The notes: a model not told the origin generated them from the sequence alone. Positions 12,022 through 25,789 are shown, counted from the stretch's first letter. The stretch: 57,394 bases of DNA from Octopus bimaculoides (GCF_001194135.2 NC_068984.1:94325407-94382800), one strand, 5' to 3'. Made by a program: numbers and translations.

Positions 12022-13140
12022 TTAATCATCATTACCAGAGTCCTCAGTAATGCTTTCCTTGTCATCAGAGGAGCCACTAGAACCCATATCCTCATCTGAA
12101 TCATCTCCATTTTCATCATAGGCATCTTCCATAGACTTAATGTGTTCCCATAGTTTTCTCAGATTCCTATTTGTTTTACCAATGCATCCCTGAACAGTAT
12201 TTGCTTTCAGGTGATTAAAAGCAACTTTCAAACATTGAAGTACATCTTTGAATGCAGTGTCAGTTGTGTACTGCCTACCAACATCTCCTTTTACAACAGC
12301 CCAGACAGTCTCAATTAGTTTCAAATCCAAGTAATGAGGTGGCGAAATTAGTAATCCATGTCTTTCATCTTGAGCCATTCTTGCAATAACAGGAATTACA
12401 TTACCTTAGGTATATGGATGCAGTTGACCCCATAACATAGCCATCGTGTCGTTGCCATCAAAACCAATTCCATATTTTGTACAGGCTTCTTGTAATGTTG
12501 CTTTTTTGTCATCCTTTCTTGACATATTTTCAGGTAGCTTTTTATGGCACTTGGCATTGTCCATTACAGTAAGAGTATTGGATATATTTCTCCCTTTCAA
12601 AGACTACAATAGTTGTTTCGTCCATTTGACAAAGTATTCATGATCAAATATGCCATGGCAATCCTTCATTTGATTCGTTCCCCTTCAAAGGTATCAAGCA
12701 TATCCATCAGTAATCCAGCCTGTTGTTCATCCAATCATTGAGCGTTTAGAATATTATGATCAGCATCTATAATTGCAGCAATGAAACAATATCGTTGTCT
12801 TTTGTGGTATGCAATAGTTGTAAGGTCTTGTTCGTCATTTTGATCATACAGTGAGTCCTTGTGGGTGTAGCTTTTATCCATATAAACAATCCTCTGACTT
12901 TTCTCTTTACTTAATTTCATCATTCACTTGGCATAATGGTCATGCATGAGCAAAATATTTTCCCTCAAGTGGTAGTTTTTACTTCCTTTCTTCTTTACTT
13001 TTAAAAATCCTTTACAGAGAGAAAAAAATTATCAGGATATAAACTTTGCAGCAAACTCCCTTGCTTTCTGGGGTGTTTAGGGCCTGGGAAATGAATGGTC
13101 GGTGGGAAAAATTCGAAAGCATCCTCGATGCTGTCGCAGA
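12022..13140 (-). mobile_element. IS630-Tc1-mariner transposase fossil with DD82E spacing (Sailor-type)
   Basis: RIVYMDKSY (D1), VMDNAKCHK (D2) and PPHYLDLKLIE (E). ORFs 12406-12600 and 12022-12378 are in frame across one stop; 82 residues counted between D2 and E. Confidence 0.8.
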
Positions 13141-13189
13141 CTGTAAAAATATTTAATTCTGCAAACCTGACTGAATGGAGTCAGCATGG

Positions 13190-13409
13190 AGGCATTGGAG
13201 CTCACAGAATTGTTAGAAGCCGCGCAAAATGCTGAGGGGCATTTCATATGTCTTTACATTCTGAGTTCAAATTCTGCCAAGAGTGACTTTGCCCTTCATC
13301 CTTTCAGGGTCGATAAAATAAGTACCAGTTGAGCACTGGGGCTGATGTAATTGACTTACCCAACTCCCTGAAATTGCTGGTCTTGTGCCAAAATTTGAAA
13401 TCAATATTG
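13190..13409 (+). mobile_element. SINE family A
   Basis: gagctcacagaattgttag...ctgagttcaaattctgcc...ctttcagggtcgataaaataagtaccagttgagcactgggg. Confidence 0.8.
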
Positions 13410-13955
13410 ACTTTGCTTTGGTAAATAATGGAAAGAAATAATGATACGAAAATTATATGAAAAACAAAAAATGTTTTATAGAAACTATAAAGCTGTCTAG
13501 TCTGCTTAATATTTATTAATTGTCCACTAATATGGACAATTAATAAAGTTTTCTAGTTAAATAGACACTTCCAGTCAAGTACATTTTTATTGTACCAATA
13601 TGATTTAAGTGCCCACTAAAAGATTGACAGAGAAAAGAATCAACTACATAAATAACATAATTGTAAGAAAATTAAATCTTGTGAATAAGGTCAGTGTGCA
13701 TACAAGATACTAAACTTCAAAAGAGAATTCTAACAAAATAGTAAAAACAAAAGAAAATTTAACACATGCATAAATTGTGAGAAAATACAACCATTAAGAA
13801 GTGTCCTACATACACAAGTAAACACAAATATCAGAGGGTTTTTTTTTAAATCAAAGGCAGAAGATAAAAATGTAAGACAAAATGAGGATAATTCTGACAC
13901 AAGTGTTGAATTATTAAATATGAATTTATAACTGATGAATCCTAATTCTTATATA

Positions 13956-15313
13956 TCAGGTCATCCCATAAATTCTGTTCAAATTTTGAATAAAGAAAAC
14001 AAGTGATCAAATGTTATATTTAATCAAAATTTAATCATCAATGTACTTTCCCTGATTATCTATGACTTCCTTCCATCTATTTACAAGCTTTTTAATCTCA
14101 TCAATGTAAAACTCTTTTGGTTTTAAAGTGAAGAACTCTGAAATGTCAATTACGACCTCCTCCTGGCTTGCAAAAGTTATGTCCCCAAAATGATTCTGTA
14201 AACTAGGAAACAAATGGTAGTCTGAAGGAGCAAGGTTGGGAGAATAAGGTGGATGGGGAATTTTTTTCCCAACCTAGCTCTTTGATCTTCTCTGATGTGA
14301 TCTTTGCAGTGTGGGGTCGTGTATTGTCCTGATGAAACATCACTCCTTTTCGATTCACTAAAACGGGTTTTTTTTTCTTCAAAGTTTGGTTCAAATGCCC
14401 TAATTGCTGACAGTAGACTAGAGCATTGATTGTTGCATTAGGTGGTAACAATTCAAAGTGAATTACTCCTTTGCAATCCCACCAGATAGAGAGAAGAACC
14501 TTTTTCCCATGAAGTTCCCTTCTTAGTTGTGGTTGATCTTTTTCTATTTCATCAAGCCACTGTTTACGACGTTTAACATTTCGATAGAAGATCCATTTTT
14601 CGTCACAAGTCTATCCAAAAAGGGTGAAATGAGTTCACAAGAATGGAGAGAAGAGCAGATGTCAACTCAGGATTTGCGGTTGCTTTCAGACAATTCATAA
14701 GGCACCCATTTTCCAAGTTTAGGAACCTTCCCAAGTTGTTGAAGATGACGATGAACAGTTGTATGGTTTGAACTAAGCTTTATTGCCAATTCTTCAACTG
14801 ATAATGCAGGATTTTCTTCAAGTAATGCCTCAAGGAGCTTATCATCAAACTCAACTGGATGTCCTGTTCGATCNNNNNNNNNNNNNNNNNNNNNNNNNNN
14901 NNNNNNNNNNNNNNNNNNNNNNNNNNNNNNNNNNNNNNNNNNNNNNNNNNNNNNNNTCAAGGCTGAAATCTCCACTTCTGAATTTTGCAAACCATCTTCT
15001 GCAAGTGCTTTCATTCAAGCATTCTTTCCCATAAAGTGAGTGTATGTTTCAAGTCACTTTGGCTGCAGAGTTTCCTTTTTTGTACTCATAAAGCATTATG
15101 TGTCTTAAATGCTCTTTGGATACTTCCATGTTAGAAAGGGTTTTAATCAAAGAAATTTTAATTCTATTATTCTGTAAAATAATATTTAATTAGTTTAAAT
15201 GTACACAAATGCATAAAAATAATTTTTAATTCCATTAGACATTCTAAAATACTATTAAATTTCATTCAATTTTAAAAAAGGTAAAATCAGACAGAACTTA
15301 TGGGATGGCCTGG
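13956..15313 (-). mobile_element. mariner (DD34D) element, full length but degenerate, TIRs with TA flanks
   Basis: TIR tcaggtcatcccataa(a/g)ttctg at 13956 and its reverse complement ending at 15313, TA on both sides; GKWVPYEL and HQDNTRPH motifs. Confidence 0.92.
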
Positions 15314-15419
15314 TAGTTGAAATGAGATTTGAAAACTAATATTTGTAACAATAAAAAAATCTACAACTATTACTGGAAAAATAAAATCACAGGAAACATG
15401 ATAGGGTGGTGAATATCAT

Positions 15420-15930
15420 GCATTTTTTTTTGCTGAAAAGTGGTATGACAGCAAGTTTTTGCTGAAAAGTGGTCTGACAGCAAGTTTGAGAAGGTGCTGG
15501 AGAAGGAAAATAAAAAGATTCTGTGGAATTGTAAATTGCAAACAGATAAGGTCATGGAACACTCTTGGCCTGACACCATTATCTTTCAAAAAACATCTCA
15601 TGAATATATGATGGTGAATATAGTATCCCTCTTTTGATACCAGAGTGAAAGAGAAAGAACAGGAAAGGTTTGATAAGTAGAATGATTTGAGATGTGAGAT
15701 TGGGTGGCTATGGGAATGTAAGAGTATAAAGGCAGTGCCACTTGTCATTGGCAAGCTGGGTACTGCAAGCAGAATTTTTTTTAAATTCAAGGAACATCTA
15801 AGTTGTAACAAAAACTTCTCTGTTCTGCAGAAAGCCTCCTTATTAGAGACAGCAAAAAACTTAAGAAAGGTGCTGGATACCTAAGGTCATAGTATGTGAT
15901 TTGCTATCCAGTAGAATGAACCAGCATAAC
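15420..15930 (+). mobile_element. R4/Dong-like LINE 3' end (REL endonuclease)
   Basis: KILWNCKLQTDKVMEHSWPD..., AVPLVIGKLG and LQKASLLETAKNLRKVL*; followed by a degenerate TAA-rich tract (15925-16080). Confidence 0.85.
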
Positions 15931-16109
15931 AAATAATAATGATAGTTATAATGATACTAGTAAAGTTAATGCTAATGATTATATTGTTAATGGAATGAAT
16001 GCTAATGTGATGAATAAGTAATTTGCTGGAAATGCTTGTAACACTAACAGTAATAGTAATAAAATTATCAGTAGTAATACCATTGAAACTGGTATAGCTT
16101 TAGCATACA

Positions 16110-17640
16110 GTAGATCTCTACTCAGGTGACAAAGCCTTAGGGAAAGTTAATATCAATATTGTTATCCACTTGTGTTTAATCCCCCTAATCTTGTGTTTAA
16201 TCCCCCTAATCTTGTGTTTAATCCCCCTCAGTTTAGTATTAAGGAAGGCAAAGGCAGGGTATCAGTTCAGAAATAGTAAAGGAAATATTAACCATCTGCT
16301 CTACATGAATGATCAGAAGCTTTTTAGTAATAATAAAAAGAGATAGATTCCTTAATACAAATTGTAAGACCCTTCAACAAAGATATAGGCATGGAATTTG
16401 GCATAGATAAGTGTGCAATGTTAGCCATGAAAAAGATATGGGTATTCAGCCATGAAGGCATCTAATTACTTGATGGCCAGACATTAAAATCACTGAAAGA
16501 AGGAGAGAGTATCTCAGAGTACTAGAATCTGACAGAGTACTAACTATAGAAATTAAAACAAAAGAAGGCTGTAAATACTTAGATACTCAACAGCTTTTGT
16601 AGATCGGACAAAATCTGAATTAGCAAATCTAGATAGAAGAACTAGAAAAGAATTTTATATGAATGGAGGACTTCACCCAAGAGCAGGAGTAGCAAGATTA
16701 TACTTACCAAGAAAGGTAGGTGGAAGAGAATTAATATCAGTAGAAGACTGCATGGAGTTAGCCATAGTAGATATAGCCTCCTATGTAGGTAATAGTGAAG
16801 AAAGTTTATCAACAGTTGCTAGAGTCACAGTAGGACATAGGGAATTCAAAAAGCCAAATGAAGTTAAATACCAGAAAAAGGAAGGTTATCTGACTGGCAA
16901 GAGAAGGTTTTGCATGGTAGATTACAAAAGATAAATGCAGGGAATAGAAATAGTGAGACATGGTTATGGTTGCAGAAAGGAAGGCTGAAAAGGGAGACAG
17001 TAAGCTTGTTAGTAGCAGCACAAGATCAAGCATTGAGGACTAATTAGATAAAAGCCAAGATAGACAAAAACCAGGTAGATTCCCAATGTAGGTTATGTAA
17101 ATCTAAAGAGGAAAGTGTTACTCATATAGCAAATGAATGTAGTATGCTGTCACAGAAAGAATACAAGAAAAGACATGACAACCTAGGGAGAATAATCTAC
17201 TGGGAGTTATGTAGAAAGCTAGGATTTTACCATGCTAATAAATGGTATGGACATGAACCTAGTAGAGTACTAGAAAGTAAGAAATATAAGATGTTGTAGG
17301 ACTTTAACATCCAGACAGAGAGAGTAATAGAAGCTAGAAGACCTGATTTAGTAGTAGTAGACAAAAAAAGTAGAAAGTGCCAGATAATTAATTTTACAGT
17401 CCTAAATGATGAGAAAGTCAATATGAGATAAATATGGGTAAAATGTATCTCTATAGTTATAGGTGCATTAGGAATTATCCCTAAAGATTTGAACAGATGG
17501 ATATAGGAAATAGGAATAAAACCTAGCTTAGTACAGTTCCAGAAATCAGTGTTATTAGGGACAGCTAGAATAATTAGGAGGGTTCTTGGCATTTAACATT
17601 ACTTGTTGTAACCTAATATTAGGAATTTTTTCTTTTCCAA
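16110..17640 (+). mobile_element. R4/Dong-like LINE fragment (RT C-terminal half, CCHC, REL), degenerate
   Basis: INHLLYMND, LHPRAGVARLYLPRKVGGRELISVEDC, LVAAQDQALRTN, CRLC..H..EC, ARRPDLVVVDK and VLLGTARIIRRVL; 21-bp triplication at 16169-16230. Confidence 0.88.
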
Positions 17641-17665
17641 CAGTTTAATATGTTGTACATATATG

Positions 17666-20597
17666 GCATTGTGAAAAACATCATACAAACATGTCTATGG
17701 CTTGGACTGACTTTAAGAAAGCATATGATATAATACCTCGTCCTTGGATTGTTGAATACCTGCAGATGTTTGGTATTGTTGGCAACATCACAAATTTTCT
17801 GATGAATAGCATGAAAGAGTGGAAAACCAAATTGTACTCAAATAGTAAGAGAACAAAAAATGGTGGAGCAAAAGAACCATGGTGGAAACAACACAATTGA
17901 AAGGGACATAATGCAGGCAAGGTAAGATCTAGGAAAAATTGAGCAATGGTTAAGAGGAAACTGAAAAAATGGGAAAAAGACTGACCGAGAAAAATTAATG
18001 AAATATAAAATGTGGAAGAACAGGTTTGATGCAGTAACAGAGCAGTTAAAACGGAGGATCATATCAAAAAGCCAGAAGATCAGAAAATTTGTGAGCAGAA
18101 AGAAGCAGTTCGAGGAGAACAGACTGTTCAAAAATAACCTGAAGCAATTCTTCCGAATGTTAGAAGGAGACAATGGGGAAAATATTGCTCCTGATGCAAA
18201 TCAAACCAAGGAGTTCTGGAGCAGATTATAGGTAAACAATGTGGCGCATAAAAGGGATGCCATGTAGATAGGAATTATCAAGACAGAATTACAAGGAGGA
18301 AAGAAACAAAGGAATATTGTCATAAGCATGGGTGATGTGAAAGAACAAGAAGGGTAAAGTGCCTAACTGGAAAGCCCCCGGACCAGATGGGATTCATGGC
18401 TTCTGGCTGAAGAGATGCCACACGGTGCATGAAAGACTAGCAGCCCAATTGAATGAATGTGTCCAGAAAGGTACAGTCCCCACATGGATGGTGACTGGGA
18501 GGACAACACTTGTAATGAAAGAGAGAAAAAAGGGGAGTATTTTGGGAAACTACTGTCCCATAGCATGCCTAAACATAATCTGGAAAATACTCACTGGAAT
18601 ATGTGCGGTAAAGACATACACTTTTCTGGCACAGGAAGAAATACTACCAAGGGAAAAATAAGGGGTGTAGGAAGAGTTCTCAGGGTACCAAGGATCACCT
18701 GGTCATCGATAAAACAATTTTGAGACATTGTAAAAAACATCATACAAACATGTTTATGGCTTGGATTGACTTTCAGAAGGCATATGATATGATGCCTCAT
18801 TCTTGGATCATTGAATGCCTGCAGATGTTTGGTGTTGCTGACAACATCACAAATTTTCTGATACATAGCATGAAAGAGTGGAAAACCAAATTGTACTCAA
18901 GTAATGTATTCCTTGGAGAAGTTAATATTAAAAGGGGAATCTTCCAAGGTGACTCGTTTTCTCTGTTACTATTTGTAATTGCACTAATATCCATAACAAT
19001 GACACTTAGGAAAGTTAAGATGGGTTACTGATGTGGGAAGAAAGGCCCATCATTGAACCATCTTCTGTTTATGGATAACATGAAATTGTTTGGGAAATCT
19101 GAAAAACAGATAGATTCCTTAACCAAAACAGTTCAGAAGTGTGGTAGGGACATTGGTATGGAATTTGAGATTATCAAATGCTCAGTACTTAATATGAAAA
19201 GGGGGAAGAAAGCAGCCTGCAGAGGATTGCGGTTACCATCAGGAGAGACCATGAGTGAACCAGACAGTATTGAGTATAGATATTTAGGGATTTTGGTGCT
19301 GGATGACATTCTACATGGAAAAATGAAAGTCAAGGTCAGTAAGGCACATCAAAAAAGGGTGAAGATAGTGTCGAAATCCAACCTGAATGCCAAAAATGAG
19401 ATTACTGCAATGAATATCTGGGCAGTTGTGGTGGTCAGATATAGTGCGTCCATCCTCAAATGGACTAAGAAGGAAATATCAACACTGGATAGAAAGATGA
19501 GAAAGTTGATGACGCTGCATGGGGCACCCTAAAGCAAATGTAAACAGACTCTATATGAAAAGAAAGAATGGTGGCAGAGGACTAATTAGTATAGACCATT
19601 GTATAAGGAGTGAAAGGAGAACGCTTGCCAAGTATTTGATAAATAGTGATGAAGACCTGCTGCAATATGCCATGAAAGATATGAGTGTAAATGCAGATGA
19701 AATGGTGGGCAAGGAAGAGTTTAACCAAAGAGCTGAGGAAAAGAGAAAAGAAGACCTTCTTGAAATGAGAATGCATGGACAGTTTGAAAGGAATACACAA
19801 GACGTTAAAGCTAATACAGTGTCATAGGTATGACTTGAGCAAGGTGATTTGAAGTGTACCACCAAAAGCTTGATCATTGCTGCATAAGACCAGGCTCTTA
19901 CTACCAATTCCGTGAACAATAATATCTATAAAACTTCTGACACCCAGAAATGCAGACTCTGTGGAATGAGTGTGGAAAATGTGATCCATTTAGTAAGTGG
20001 ATGTGAGAGCCTTGCACAAAAAGAATACAAGCGCTGCCATGATAAAGTGTGTGTGTGTATCTTCCTTGGTTCTTATGCCATAAGTACCAATATGAAGTAA
20101 CAGAGAATTGGTATGAGCATGTACCAAATAAAGTTATGCAGGAGGATGGAAAAGTAACAATACTCTGGGACTATGATTTTCAGACAGACTGTGTAATCGA
20201 ACACCGTCAGCCGGATATTGTCATATTGAATAAGAGAGACAAATACTGTCAGATCATTGATGTAGCCATACCAAATGACATGAATGTTGTGAGTAAAGAG
20301 GTTGAAAAAATCACCAAGTACTCCGAATTGAAAGTGGAAATGGCAAGACTGTATGGAATGCGAGACGGTAAAGTAAAAGTGATACCAGTGGTGATCAGAG
20401 TGCTGGGCTCAATCTCATTGAAACTTCAAAACTTCTTAAGGCAACTGGAAATCCCATGCAAGATTGATGTCTTGCAAAAAGCAGCCTTACTGGGCACAGC
20501 ACACATCTTAAGGAAAGTATTATCTGTCTGAGGTCCTTGTTGTGACTTGACAGATGACTAAAGACTCTGGTGCATTTTTACCGACACTGTGTTATGA
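17666..20597 (+). mobile_element. R4/Dong-like LINE, ~2.9 kb (N-terminal linker, RT, CCHC, REL, 3' UTR), pseudogenised
   Basis: [40 protein letters not shown]-x8-H-x4-C, HRQPDIVIL..IIDVAIP and KAALLGTAHILRKVL*. Confidence 0.93.

Positions 20598-20655
<58 letters not shown>
20598..20655. repeat. (AAT)n tract at the R4/Dong 3' junction
   Basis: About 19 perfect AAT units directly after the 3' UTR. Confidence 0.95.
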
Positions 20656-20658
<3 letters not shown>

Positions 20659-20929
20659 GAAGGAGAATAAAGAGGGAATGTAATAAAAGTAACAGTAATA
20701 TTAAAAACAACAACAACAATACCTTCTCAATAATGCAATTCTAGAAGAGTAAACCTCGAAAAAATATCCAGATAGATTGTGATCATGAGCAATGTACAGC
20801 AGACAACAAACCAAGTGCACTAGCAGAAATACCAGTGTGAAACCTGGCACAGTTTAACTATCTCATAAAGAGGGCAGATAGAGTTTCTCTGAACCTTCAT
20901 TGGTAATCCATCTAGTGATGCTGTCATAA

Positions 20930-21500
20930 AAATAAAAAACACCACTTAAATAACCTCTATGAGTGAAATGTCTGAAAGAAATATAATAGATAATGGTATA
21001 CAAGGGATTGAAACCAGTGATGAAGGTTCTGTGCCCAACAGATGTCCCATTGAGCAGCAGGATGGGCCTGGTTGTCAATCTGTGACTACTAGCATACAAA
21101 AATTGAAGAAAACAATACAGCAAAGAAATACATGTGATCATCATGGAGTGCTATTATAGGAGTCAAACCACAGACAAAACTTGAGTGCTATTATAACGAT
21201 ATAGAAAAAATTTATTACTGAAAATGACAAAATGGAATATGTGAAACCACAAAGCAACAATTATGTAACCATGCGAGAATGATAAGAAAGGAATTTTGGT
21301 TAACAGATTTAAAACTAGAAGTAATTCAGAGAAGAGTGTATGAAGATGACAACATTGCACCTCCTCAAACAGCAAAAAAAAAAAAAAGAAAAAAAATCAA
21401 TCTCTTTCAGATAGCAATGGTAACTGACACAGATATAACAGAATTATAGATCAAGTAGTGGAGTTAGTAAGGACAGAGAATTTTGGAATGATAATTGACT
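20930..21500 (+). mobile_element. Degenerate 5' (N-terminal) region of an R4/Dong-like LINE
   Basis: IIMECYYRS...YRK motif typical of R4-clade N-termini (from recall). Confidence 0.55.
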
Positions 21501-21569
21501 TTGAGAAAGTGGATCAATGAAAATTGATGCAGCAAATAGGTAAAGTAAACAGGATTTTAAAGTATACTA

Positions 21570-22320
21570 GACTACCCATTACCCATTGGGTCACTGGGGA
21601 AGTTTGAGGTTCCCAGCAACAGAGTTTTGTTTCATGGGNNNNNNNNNNNNNNNNNNNNNNNNNNNNNNNNNNNNNNNNNNNNNNNNNNNNNNNNNNNNNN
21701 NNNNNNNNNNNNNNNNNNNNNNNNNNNNNNNNNNNNNNNNNNNNNNNNNNNNNNNNNNNNNNNGATTTGGCTGCTATTTCTTGCACGCCCTGCTACCACG
21801 TAATAGGTATTTCAGGTCCTTTATCGCAAATAGCTGTTACATGGTGGCAGGGCGTGCTAGAAATAACAGCCAAATCTTTCGTGGTGAGATATGTTGAATG
21901 CACTCAAAAGAAACCCATGGAAATAAACTATTTCACACCGAGGTTACGAATGGGTCCTTTACAAAATATTTCTGTGTTTTTAAAGTCATTTTCCCTTCAA
22001 AATATTTTGCCTATCATAATGTGTCTAATGGAAAGGTTAGAGTTTCTTCCCTTTCAGGGTGAAGTTATTTTCGGAGTATTTTCTCATTATGCACTGTTTT
22101 GGGTATTTGTACCCCAAAACCCCAAATATCTCAATAAGTACTGGTCCGATTTATGCGAAACTTGTTTTATTCCATTCATATTCACATTTCAGGGGCATTT
22201 TACTTTCAAAGTATTTTCCCATTATGCACCAGTTTGACTGTGTACCATTGCAAGCAGGCAAGCAAGATTGAACTTCACTTTTAATAGTATACTAGACTAC
22301 CCATGACATGGGTCACCAAT
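21570..22320 (+). mobile_element. Helitron-associated non-autonomous repeat
   Basis: 21848-22290 is a direct repeat of 26624-27045; ctagactacccat motif at 21575 and 22292. The Helitron link is inferred from shared segments next to the Rep fragment. Confidence 0.5.
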
Positions 22321-22330
22321 ATTTCAATTG

Positions 22331-22564
22331 GACGGTGAGCTGGCAGAATTGTTAGTGCACTGGGCAAAATGCTTAGCAGTATTTCGTCTGCCGTTATATT
22401 CTGAGTTCAAATTCTGCCACGGTTGACATTACTTATCATCCTTTCAAGGTCGATTAAATAAGTACCAGTTATGCACTGGAGTCAATGTAATCAACTTAAT
22501 CTGTTTGTCTGTCCTTGTTTGTCTCCTTTATGTTTAGCCTCCTGTGGGCAATGAAGAAATAAAT
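22331..22564 (+). mobile_element. SINE family A, near full length
   Basis: ggtgagctggcagaattgttag...gtttgtctgtccttgtttgt...gtgggcaatgaagaaataaata. Confidence 0.85.
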
Positions 22565-22799
22565 ATTTCAAGGTACTTGAAAAAATCGCGTATCTCAGCA
22601 ATCCATGGTCTGATTTATGTGAAACTTCTGTAACTCCATGTGTATTCACATTTCAATGGTATCTTACTTTCAAAGCCTTTTTCCCATTATATGCTGGTTT
22701 GGCTATTTATAAAGTACCTGTAAAAATCGCGTATCTTGGTAACCCGTGGTCCAATTTATGCAAAACTTGTTTGTATTCAAATGAGCATCCGATTCATGG

Positions 22800-23040
22800 C
22801 ATCTCCTGCTTTTGTCTCTTTTCCTGTTTCATCAGACACTTAGCTCTTCAAGTGTCCGATCGCTGATCTCTCCTGCTTCTGTCTCTTTCGCTCTGTTCCA
22901 CCAGATGCTCAGCCATTGCTTTATCAGTCTCAGCAACCCTTCTATTCGCATGCCTGTTCCTATTTTGGGTAAATATTTCAGGACCCATTTGTACTTCAGT
23001 GTGAAATAATTTTTTCCGCAGGTTTTTTTCTAGTTCATTC
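22800..23040 (-). mobile_element. Duplicate of Helitron N-terminal charged repeats
   Basis: AETDKAMAEHLVEQSERDRSRRDQRSDT matches the 69-bp repeats at 25400-25600. Confidence 0.7.
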
Positions 23041-23429
23041 AAAATATCTCACCTCTAAACCCACCACAAGCCACTTTCTTCCGGAAAAGAAAGGGGCGAG
23101 GGATTGTGGGGACCACAGAGTTTCCTAGAAAACTCTGAGTTTCCCAGCAACAGAGTTTTGTTTTGTTTCGAAACTGGCCTTTTGTCGTGATGCAGAAGGA
23201 GTTTTAAGTAATACAGTTCACCACTTCATGGAGAAACAATATATACTTGTCCAAAAATGTTTGCCTCAAAAATCCCTGGTCAACTCTTTTCCCCCATCTT
23301 CCTCCTTTGCCATGTCTTGTTACCCCAAGTGTAAAACCTTGGCACATTGGCATAATACAAAGTTTTTGCAAATGGATCGCAAGCACAATGACCCAAGAAC
23401 TCAGTGAGAGTTGTCCTATGCATGTCATT

Positions 23430-25700
23430 GTTTACTGTAACAGCAGCATTGTTCTGAAAGAAGATTTGATTTTCCTCAGGTAGATGAACTTGAAGGCGAA
23501 CTACAGCTGGTTCCCTCTCATGAATTGGAAATCTGAGTACTAAGGCAACAGCTTCTGAAGGGCCGATGCATATTTTTGTTAATACTGTGTTATCTCATCT
23601 TCTCTGTTCACTCTAAACATTGCCTGATCACTACCCTTCATGGTATATTTGATAACATATTTGATTGATTTGACATTTAGGTGGCAGTTGAATAGTTTTA
23701 ATAGTTTCATATTGTAGAGAACCACTCATTGTGACATTATATTTCAGCTTTCCCTTCCTTCTTGGTGCCCTGCAAATCCTCCCCTTCCTGGAGACTGTCT
23801 TCTGTACACTGGATAAGAGTCCTCTCCACACAATGTATGTTTATTGAAAGGCTTAGGGTATCGCTTGCTGCATGTTTCCAACACAGCGAATTGTTAGAGC
23901 AATTAGGACCGTGGATCATGTGCTTCAGTACCAACTTATGACCCTCTGGATCTTTGTTTGGATCTGGTATTTCAGCTTGAATGAATTTATCGTATTCCTG
24001 TGGTCTGGGCTTGGAAGCTTCATTGAGCCATAGCAAACAGTGTACATGGGGAAGACCTTGCTTTTGATATTCAATGGTGATCACATAATTAAATGCACTT
24101 GCCAAACATTACTCCAGTAATATACTTTCTGAACAGTTTCTGCTTCAGGTTAAATACTCTGGCAGTTAAATCTGGCCTGTTGTGTGGTTTCTCATTCAAG
24201 AATAGGTTTGGCCGGATTTCAGGCCAGCTTGGATTACACATCATTGTGATAAAGAATGAAGCATTGCCATATTTCTGTATGTACATCATGGCATCCTGGT
24301 ATCACTCCATCATATACCTCGGTCCACCGACAAATGTTGAAGAGAGTATGATTCGCCTGCTGATGTTGCGGAAATTGTCATCATCATTCAATGTGTCAGT
24401 AAGGCCCTTGTATGTTGTAGACCGCAATGATGTTTGATTCAATTGGATGTAATGCAGCCTATATCCTTCAATCTTTGCATGTCAACCAAATATTACTGAA
24501 ATAAATGATCACCTCTGAGAATTTGGTTGAATTCATTCTCATGGTTAATTATTTGATAGGCATAGTAGTGCATTGGTGTCAACTTCTTGATGTTACTCAA
24601 TAGCAGATCATGTTGCCTTCCGTCATCACCAAAAGGAAATAATAGAACATAGTGAAAACTGTCATAAGACTGATGGGATTCTGAGATTATTTGCAGTTGT
24701 CCGCCTTTTTCTTTCAACACAATGTGCTGTGCTGTTGCTTGAATTCCCGTGATGTTTTGTATAATAACGGCAACTACATTTGCAGTTTGTGCATTGAATC
24801 TGCAGGAATATTTTTAATTTGTTCTTTTGCCATTCTAAATGACAAAATATAAGGGTTATACTGTCAGAGTATAATTTCCAATAATTCAACATGTTGCACT
24901 GAATGTCATTGTTATGGAGTATCCTCATCCTCAAATCGACACTATCCTGAGGATCCAAGAAGTAAATTTGAAGAAATTGCAGTTGTTGATTGTGATTAGG
25001 AGTTGATGAACCAATGAAATGATGTGTTTGACCCTGAATAATGATGGAAGGATTCCATCTACTCCTTGAGGAACGAACTTCTTGGGCCCCGAAAGATGTC
25101 ATTTGGAACAGGTAGTTGTACTGTCTGAGGTTCTTCCTGAACTCATTTGCTGTAGGTTGAACAGTACTAAATAAATTGTGAAGTTCCTGGGGGTAAAGGC
25201 TGCAGATTCCTCAGCCTGATTTTTCCATTCATATGGCAAAAGTTAGCAGTCTCACCATAAAAATGTATTGCATGACAATAGACACAGATCTTATTCATCT
25301 GTCCAACATCAGCAGATAGGTCACGTCATTGAACTGTCCTTGGTATATTCGTAATGGTTTGTCGGGAAAGACGTTCAGGTCTCTGAATATCCAAATCATG
25401 ACATCTCCGGCTTCTGTATCTATCCCTCTGTTTCGCCAGACACTCAGCTGTCCGAGCGTCCAATTCATACTGGTTCCTGCTTCTGTCTCTTTCCCTCTGT
25501 TCTGCCAGACGCTCAGCTCTCTGAGTGTCCAATTCATGCTGTCTCCTGCTTCTGTCTCTTTCCTCCTGTTCTGCCAGATGCTCAACTCTCTGAGCATCTG
25601 ACTCATTATCTCACCTGCTTAGCTGTGCTCTCTTTGAACTATCTATAAACCAACCAGATGTTTTCTTTCTTCCTCATCAAGGCATGATGTAAGAATAGGA
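23430..25700 (-). mobile_element. Helitron Rep (HUH) domain fossil; helicase absent
   Basis: MTSFGA..IQGQTHH.IGS..FLQIYF; ISESHQSYD..YVLLFPFGD; FFITMMCNPSWPEI..RPDLTARVF (motif 1); IEYQKQGLPHVHCLL (HUH); SIKYVIKY.MKG (Y2 motif); N-terminal 23-aa charged repeats. Confidence 0.92.
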
Positions 25701-25789
25701 TACCTAAATAAATATTCTTTTTTAAACTAACTTAACTTACAGAATGAAAATGGTCATTGTAAGCAGAGAGAAATAGAAGGATAATAACT

